56,590 nt of DNA, from NCBI GenBank assembly GCA_000934665.2, contig JYFJ02002652.1, forward strand, positions 1 through 56,590, written 5' to 3'. The position numbers were made by a program, and so were the translations under genes. Below are positions 49,653 through 56,590 of the stretch, in pieces. A model generated the notes under the pieces. It ran no database searches, was not told the DNA's origin, and saw only the letters and a list, made by a program, of their open reading frames with translations. Source of the stretch: Catajapyx aquilonaris. Lineage: Eukaryota. How positions within the stretch are numbered: position 1 is the first letter of the stretch; each line of letters begins with the position of its first letter.

Positions 49653-49840
49653 CACGCACTCCACCCTCAGAATTACATAGACAATTCCCAGCATTGTTGT
49701 TGGGAGGATCTTTTTTTTTTTGTACTGATTATTATTGTTGTTTTATTTATATTTGAAACAATAATAATCAGTACAAAAAATAGATCCTCCCAACAACAAT
49801 GCTAGGAATTGTCTATGTAATTCTGAGGGTGGAGTGCGTG
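49653..49840. mobile_element. Palindromic element with CAC...GTG termini
   Basis: Arms of about 85 bp (CACGCACTCCACCCTCAGAATTACATAGACAATTCC...) with few mismatches. No TSD visible. Confidence 0.75.
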
Positions 49841-52189
49841 AATTATCTACATAATTTACAGATGACGACTAAAGGTTATTGCTGAATACAGAATGCAACT
49901 TGAGTGATCTTTTTTCCATTATTTTGATGCTGAAGTTGAAATTAACTCCTTTTAAATGAATCATCACTATCCTTGGAAGTACATCACAACTCAAGAATGT
50001 GGTCCTGGGCGGATGAATCCTAGCCTTTGCCCTCCACCTTTTCCAGTTAGCACTGGATTGGTCCAAAAACTCTGAAATCTAAGGAAGAACCAATGCATCT
50101 GCCATCTGCACATGTTTCATATCTGATATCAACTTCCACATCAAATAAACTTGGGTCTGTGGGCAGCAACAAATGACAACATGAGTTTCTATCCCAACAT
50201 GTGGGTCGTGAGGATCCTACTACACATGATGAGCACTGTGCCGCTATCAAATCCTCCCATAAGTACAAAACCTAGTTGGAGGTAATATTTGGTGTGGCAG
50301 CTGCTCACCCGCATGCTGTGCTAGTATCTAATGTTTTGCAATATTTTCTTTGCTTTTCCACCACGCATTGTAATCAGGGTACCAGCAGCAATTTCTAAAT
50401 AATAATGTTTATTCTTCATATTCACTGTTTTTTCACCCTGCAATGCAGCATTTGTTATGTGAGGTCATTCAGTTATTGAAAGGCACAATTAGAAAGAAAA
50501 ACTACATTGATAAGAATGTCTTGTAAAAACCTCTCTTGACCACCAGAAATATATAACCCCAAGCATAAACTCACAATAACTGCAAAAATTAATTCCAAAA
50601 ACCTACAGCAAACTCCATGCAAAATATGCAATAAATTATTACTTGGAATTCAGAATTCCAGTCGCACTATTAATCAATATCTTTTTCTCTCCTTATTGGT
50701 GAACAAAATATTATTTCTAAGGTATTACCTCCCTTGAACATCCACAAGTAAAGTTTCCACATTAAAAATTATGATCTCCAGGTAAAAATAGGGAGGGGGG
50801 GAGGAGGCATATCTTCATTTTGTCTTGGGGGGTATATATTAAATGTGAATATCATTGAGACTGTTTTGGTTGATTCATGCGAATAGATTATTTTGGTAAT
50901 AATCAAGTTACTTTAAATCTGATTATTTATTCAAAGAATAATATGTTTTACCGTATGATCACTGTGCACACTCTTAACATAAAAATTAAAATTTACACTA
51001 GATAAAATGAACTAAGTAAATCAACATGAGATATACTGTGTTCATGCATAAAGGACCACCTACCTGAATCTTGTCCCATGTCCCAACCCAACATGATAAC
51101 TTGGGGCAATCAGATGAGTGGATGGCAAAGGTGTGAATTTGTCAAGACGTGCATTATTTGATACTAATTTCCTCGCAAATGATCATGCACATGCCATAAC
51201 AACTCCCCATCTTTGTGAGATTTCACTGACCTATGTTATTACCTTTGTGTTGGGTTTGAGGTGGCATTAAGATAAAGGTTGGTGGGTCAGTGCCACCTTG
51301 TAAGTTTGAAGCAGTATACATTGGAATTTACTGATAGGCTGTTATGCAAAAGATAAATTTCTAGGACTTTCTAAATTCTGTTCATATTGATGGAAACCCC
51401 ATACCTACAGTATATTATTTTCTACATAATGTTCACAGGCAAAATGTGCAATGAGGAGACACTTGACATCCATGTGACCAATCAAGATATGAGTTGAATC
51501 CTTAGAAGGAATCCCATTTAGAATCTAAGAGCTTCAGCAAAGATATTGTCAAATCCGCCCTGATATCCTCAGCGGCTCAGCCTATAACATTAAATTTAAG
51601 CTATTGTCACCAGATAAGATTTTATCAAAATGAGACAACCTACTTTTGTAATGTATGCACAGTAATGACATTATATCCCCCTAAGAGTAAGGAAATGCTT
51701 CAGCACATGTGAGACATTATTAAGGCAGAAGTAGTTTACTTGACCTCCCAAGACAAATAAAAAGTACAGGGATACAAAATGGCAAGGCAAGCACCACAAT
51801 GCAAAAAACATGCAAAAAAACAGAAAAATGGACATGATGTGTCACAACTTTAATAATGTCAAACCATTTGAACCACGGACCTATCATTCTCCCATTTCCA
51901 GCATACTAGATATTAATGCAGAGGTAATTTCAATACAAGACTCTTTTATCCACTGACAAGAATATTGCTCATATTGCTCCTATATGACAGTTTTTTTCTG
52001 TAAATGAGGGAGAGAGAGTGAGAGAGAGAGAGAGAGAGACAGACAGAGACAGGGGGAGATCGGTTATCCACAAAATCAGTTATCCGTACACCCCCAGTTC
52101 CCAATTGTTTCGGATAATTGACGCTCTACTGTATCATAAAACGCATTCTCTTGGTGTGCATCAGTAGCTAAAGAACTGTACCATCATGA

Positions 52190-52455
52190 GGGCGACACGG
52201 TGGCCGAGTGGTTAGCGCCGCAGCCTTCCACCTCTAAGGTCCCGAGTTCGATCCCCGGGTCGGACGGAGGATACTTATGTGGATAGAGTTTCGATGGGTT
52301 CTCTCCATGTTCACGTGGGTTTTCTCGGGGTTCTCCCGTTTCCTCCCACTATCAAAATCCATCACATTACAGGCAAATGATTAAAGTCGGGTATTCAAAA
52401 GATGATCCCCGAAGAGGCCCAAGGGGCCTATTACGGGGTATCCATTATTATTATT
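52190..52455 (+). mobile_element. Complete tRNA-derived SINE with V-domain-like central region
   Basis: 18-bp TSD AGAACTGTACCATCATGA (52172-52189, 52456-52473). A box TGGCCGAGTGG, B box GAGTTCGATCC. Central GTTCTCTCCATGTTCACGTGGGTTTTCTCGGGGTTCTCCCGTTTCCTCCCAC, then a 3' stem-loop and (ATT)n tail. Confidence 0.9.
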
Positions 52456-52637
52456 AGAACTGTACCATCATGAAGTTACATTCAGTTTTGAGAGAAACTA
52501 TTTTAAATATTTTTACTGCTTTTTGAAACTCGGCAATATTTAGCATTGACAGGCAAAATTGATTGCATTTTTCTTGAATCACCACAATTTTTAGTGGAAG
52601 TTGTTCATGTAAATGTAAAATTAATGAAGAAGTGTAA

Positions 52638-53072
52638 AGGCCTGTTTTCGCCGGCATAATTTTTGTTCTGGACAAAATTTATGCCAGAATAATTTTGTTT
52701 CCCTGGCAATTTTTGTGCAGCACAAATAAACACTTGTTCCAACCAGGACAATTTTTGTTATTTTCACAAAAAGAAATAAAAATGAGCGCTCAGAAGGGAG
52801 CACCCAAAGTTCCGAATGTATTTTATTTAAACTGAACCCCCGTCCGAAAATCGTTTAGCTTAATTTAACCATCAATTGTGCTTGAATTATCGCAAAATAA
52901 TTCCGATAAGTCCACCACGGTTGGCCATCTTTTCCATTTTGCTCCGGGCACAATTATTTTGTGAAACGTTCAAAATTTTGTACTTTGGAATAATTCCAAA
53001 CGGTTTGATTTTGTGCTCCATTTTTGTGCGTTTCTTTTTGTGCTCAAAAATTATGCCAGTGGAAACAGGCCC
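52638..53072. mobile_element. PIF/Harbinger-like MITE
   Basis: TAA|AGGCCTGTTTTCGCCGGCATAATTTTTG ... CAAAAATTATGCCAGTGGAAACAGGCCC|TTA (TWA-type flanks), with repeated AATTTTTGT motifs. Confidence 0.75.
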
Positions 53073-54395
53073 TTACTTACATTGTCAGTTTTTCCCTATC
53101 TGTTCTGGTATTGCATACTTATTTGCATATGAAATTTGAAATTGTGCTATTTTCTCTGATCTGAAATCACCACGGAAAACCCCAGGAACTTGACAATATA
53201 CTTCTTTCTACTTTCTCGCATTGAAATAGCAGATAGTGGGTGATTTTTAGAATTGCCAATTAGAGTGGTGCCACTGCAGAGGGGTCTACTGTGCGTGCCA
53301 TGTAAACCCATTTTTCAGAAGAGCATTTTTTGTTCATCACAAGCACTATGGCCCTTGAACTAATCCTGCACCTATCCCAATATTCATGCATAAACAGATA
53401 TGAAAAAGCACTCACCACATGTCATCAACGGTTCATTGAAGAATCTGAAGCAACGTGGAAGACTCCAATTAAGCATGTAGACCAGGCATAAATTTCATTG
53501 GAAAATCACTATTTATCAGGAAAGCATTCTCCAAATATTAACTGCCAAATTAAAGCCAATCTTCTTGCTGTAAAAAAATTGTTACATATGAGACCACGAT
53601 AATAAAACTAATATTAAAATATTACTTTAACAGCTTTCAGGAATCGGAATTCAAAACAACAATTCCAACGGAAAGTGACGAGATGTCAGATGTGCCTTGG
53701 AGAACAGAGATGAGAGCATGCTGCTAAAAGAACTCTTTCTATGCCCATACTATTTAAAAAACAATACTACAGTTCAGATCAGTAATGGAGTTAAGAGGAT
53801 TATGATAAAGATAGGGGAACTGAATGGAACCCTTCCAGGATAGATTTTGCAGTAACCCATGATAATATTTTTTGTGCAAGCTGTTCCTAATAATGTTATA
53901 TGAAAAATTGGAGGTCAGTTTTTGCATAATTAGATCCGTAACTGAGTAATTTGGATTTGAAAATCACAATTTTGCAACAATTCCGAACTTCATATGGCCA
54001 AAGAAATGGTTACTAATATTGGAGAATTTTTATATATTTTTTTTTAAATGAGAATGGTTGAAAATTCTCCATGGTTAGGTTTAGGTTTATTAAGAAGAAG
54101 CCAAAGCAACTGTGGCTATCTGGCTATAGAAGATTCAAAGGTGGGGATAGATGGAGAGAGAAACGAAGAGGAAAAAGAAGAGAGGAAAGACTGGTATCTC
54201 TCTTAGTCTGTCTCCTATCCCAAAGACCTGTCCGGCTTGGGTGGCCCTACCAGTAGACGAAGCTACCGCCGGCATAGCTCTGTTTTGAGTTGCTTATTGT
54301 TAACGAAAAGTAGTATTTCATGAAATATAAGATCTTGGAACCTTGAAACAGTAGATAGGGACTTCAAGGGTCGACCCGGCCAATAGGCCCTAGAC

Positions 54396-54628
54396 CAGTG
54401 GTTTCCAACCTGGGGGTCGAGGGCAGGGTCGCGGGGGGTCGCGAGCCTTTGCTCAACTTTTTTTTTTGCAATTTCTGTGTAAATTGAACCATTTTTGCAG
54501 CCGCACAGAGTGTATGTTTTCTGGAAATGGGTCAGTTGTAGACAGGGCCGGGGTGGAGGGTGGGGGGGTCGCACATTTATGGAAGCATGTTTAGGGGGTC
54601 GCAGTTGGTAAAAGGTTGGAAACCACTG
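54396..54628. mobile_element. hAT (Charlie-like) MITE
   Basis: Perfect 8-bp TSD CCCTAGAC. TIR CAGTGGTTTCCAACCT / AGGTTGGAAACCACTG, with subterminal GGGGTCG repeats. Confidence 0.9.
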
Positions 54629-55535
54629 CCCTAGACCCAGAATGCTAGTAAAAGTGGGGTGACCAGATTTTCAAAAATACACTTGGTGGCTATAAGGCAG
54701 GGTAGGCCAATATAGAGTGGGGTTTTATCCCTATTGAGATAATATTCAGATTTAACCTTTCAAGGCAACACTTACAGTGCACAGTTTATTGTGCAAGTCA
54801 AGAAAATTCTTAAGGCAACACAGGAGGAGACAGAGTAGCACAGAAGCATTGCTAGAAAGGTCTCAGGTTCTACCTGAAGTCAGTGCTCTAATTTCAAAGA
54901 TGGCATTGCTGATGTATTTTGACTGTGGAAGGAAAGGAGATAACACCAACAAAACCCACTCAAACATGAAGAGACCCCATCAAAACACTTTCCACCAGAG
55001 GAATTTTTCAGTTCAACCCATTATCCCCAGTACAGGTAGTCTGTGGTCTACAAATGGGGTTACGTTCCTGAAAATGTCCATAAGTCGGATTTGTATGTAA
55101 CTCTGATCCCTGAGGAACAGTGCATAATTATGTACAGCATAAAAATACTGCTCCAACAAACTGCTTACATTACGTGTATTTGTTTATATACATGGAAGAA
55201 CGTAGTTTCCCAATAATTATTTATTAATTACACAGTATTTAGGTTGAACTTAGTATTGGTCAACGTGCAAAGTAGTGATTGAAAATGAAGAGATAATTAT
55301 TATTATACTGTAAATTATCCTTCTGGGGAGCCTTGGGAGCCCATTCGTAAGTACGGATCACCATAAGTCGGGTCATTCGTAAACCAGGGACAGCATGTAA
55401 TATTCTCATGAAGAGTTTCCTCACTGAAGATGTGTCCATGACAAATTGGTGTGTAATAGTATGGCCAATAACTCTTCACACCTTCTACGGCTGAGCACCC
55501 GATCTTGGAAACAATTTCTGTAGATATGCCGATGT

Positions 55536-55780
55536 CCCAGTGCAACACTATCATAAGCCACAACAATGTAAAATGAAGGTTACAATGGTTTTGTTATTGA
55601 ATATATGCTTAATAAGACTCTTAATAAGACAGGAACACAAAATTGCATATCGAAACATTTTAAGAGTATACCCCGATGGTTACGATATATTTTTCCCCAA
55701 AACAACTGCGTATATTCAATAACAAAACCATTGTAACCGTCATTTTACATTGTTGTGGCTTACAATAGTGTTGCACTGGG
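55536..55780. mobile_element. Foldback MITE with CCCAG termini
   Basis: Arms of about 70 bp, CCCAGTGCAACACTA...GTTATTGAATATA, with ATGT on both flanks. Confidence 0.8.
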
Positions 55781-56099
55781 ATGTCGATGCATTAGTGGTT
55801 AAAATAATATTGCCTGTAATAATTCTGCAGGCAAGAAGAATCAGGAAAATATTACCAATTTCATATGGGCTGGCTCCAAATATAACAGCCCTATGGTCAA
55901 CCTACAGTAGTTTGATACCAGCATGGCATTATTTTTTTTGTAGTAACACAGTACTCAATAAAACCCACTAAAAAGGTTGAACTTTCAACAACCAACTTCA
56001 TTAAGAAACATTTCCACTATGAGTTTTCAACTCATCAGGTACATAGGAAACATGACAAACACATCATACCGTAACAGATAACAGGCAAAACAAACGCAT

Positions 56100-56297
56100 T
56101 CAGTCAGCCATTGGAAAACTGGCAGTGCCAGCTCTATCCTCATCACTGTCTTCCTCCCGTTCATCCTCAGCTTCCTCCTGTTTATCCTCATCTTCCTCAG
56201 CAGTTCTCAGCATTTCACAACAATTGGTCCCTTCTTCTAGTTGCTTGGCTTGGAGATGGCGTTGGTTTAAAGTCATGGTGGACATAAGCCTCAATGT
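56100..56297 (-). CDS. Probable terminal exon of a neighbouring gene extending beyond the window; product unknown
   Basis: Acceptor attttttcag|AC at 56297 followed by purine-rich coding-like sequence. The frame is ambiguous: TLRLMST...EEDEDKQEEAEDEREEDSDEDRAGTASFPMAD* (stop 56100) or IEAYVHHDFKPTPSPSQATRRRDQLL* (stop 56215). Confidence 0.4.
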   Translation of the reverse strand, partial: TLRLMSTMTLNQRHLQAKQLEEGTNCCEMLRTAEEDEDKQEEAEDEREEDSDEDRAGTASFPMAD

Positions 56298-56497
56298 CTG
56301 AAAAAATACCAATATTGTGAGTAAAATTATACCATGCATATAATTCTGCAATTTACCACTTCATCACCAGAGGATACATTGTATCAGTCAAATGAGATGG
56401 CTACCCTTCACAGGACAATGCTGTGACAATTGCGAGTGTGTGTGTGCAATCTTAGGACAATAATATCCCATGTTAATTTAAAATATATATATATATA

Positions 56498-56590
56498 CAG
56501 GGTGTTTATTGTAACTCTGCAAAGACTTTCAGGGGTAATAGAGGGGACCAAGACAAGCATTTTCGACATAGGAACCCGTGTCCGGAAACG
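56498..56590. mobile_element. Left end of a MITE related to 20837-21064, running off the window
   Basis: (TA)n|CAGGGTG...AGGGGTAATAGAGGGGACCAAGACAA...TAGGAACCCGTGTCCGGAAACG, shared with 20870-20929. Confidence 0.8.

Overview
Eukaryotic (most likely arthropod) genomic DNA, not prokaryotic: no operons, CRISPR arrays, rRNA or intact tRNA genes are seen. The only well-supported host gene is a minus-strand monocarboxylate transporter (SLC16/MCT family, MFS). Five coding exons (28133-27704, 27468-27325, 25208-24240, 22368-21556, 18667-18171) splice in frame at canonical GT-AG sites to give 950 residues. No start codon lies at the 5' end of these exons, and two candidate first coding exons lie near 42.8-43.2 kb. 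A probable last exon of another minus-strand gene lies at about 56.1-56.3 kb. The rest is dense with mobile DNA. A decayed RTE-like LINE (about 3.84-8.28 kb) is interrupted by four insertions: an ISL2EU-like THAP transposon, a chimeric tRNA-SINE with a 15-bp TSD, a 524-bp LTR element with a tRNA-Lys primer-binding site, and a TTAA element. The window also holds a V-domain SINE, Helitron-like elements, a Kolobok-like element with a PYQFEP motif, and more than 15 MITE/foldback elements with readable TIRs and often TSDs. The least explained structure is a hairpin-rich unit present in six same-orientation copies within the first 13.4 kb. It carries splice-like signals and a possible Cys/Trp-rich peptide reading, and one copy sits inside a SINE insertion. 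This unit is the best candidate for something undescribed, but its function cannot be established from sequence alone.
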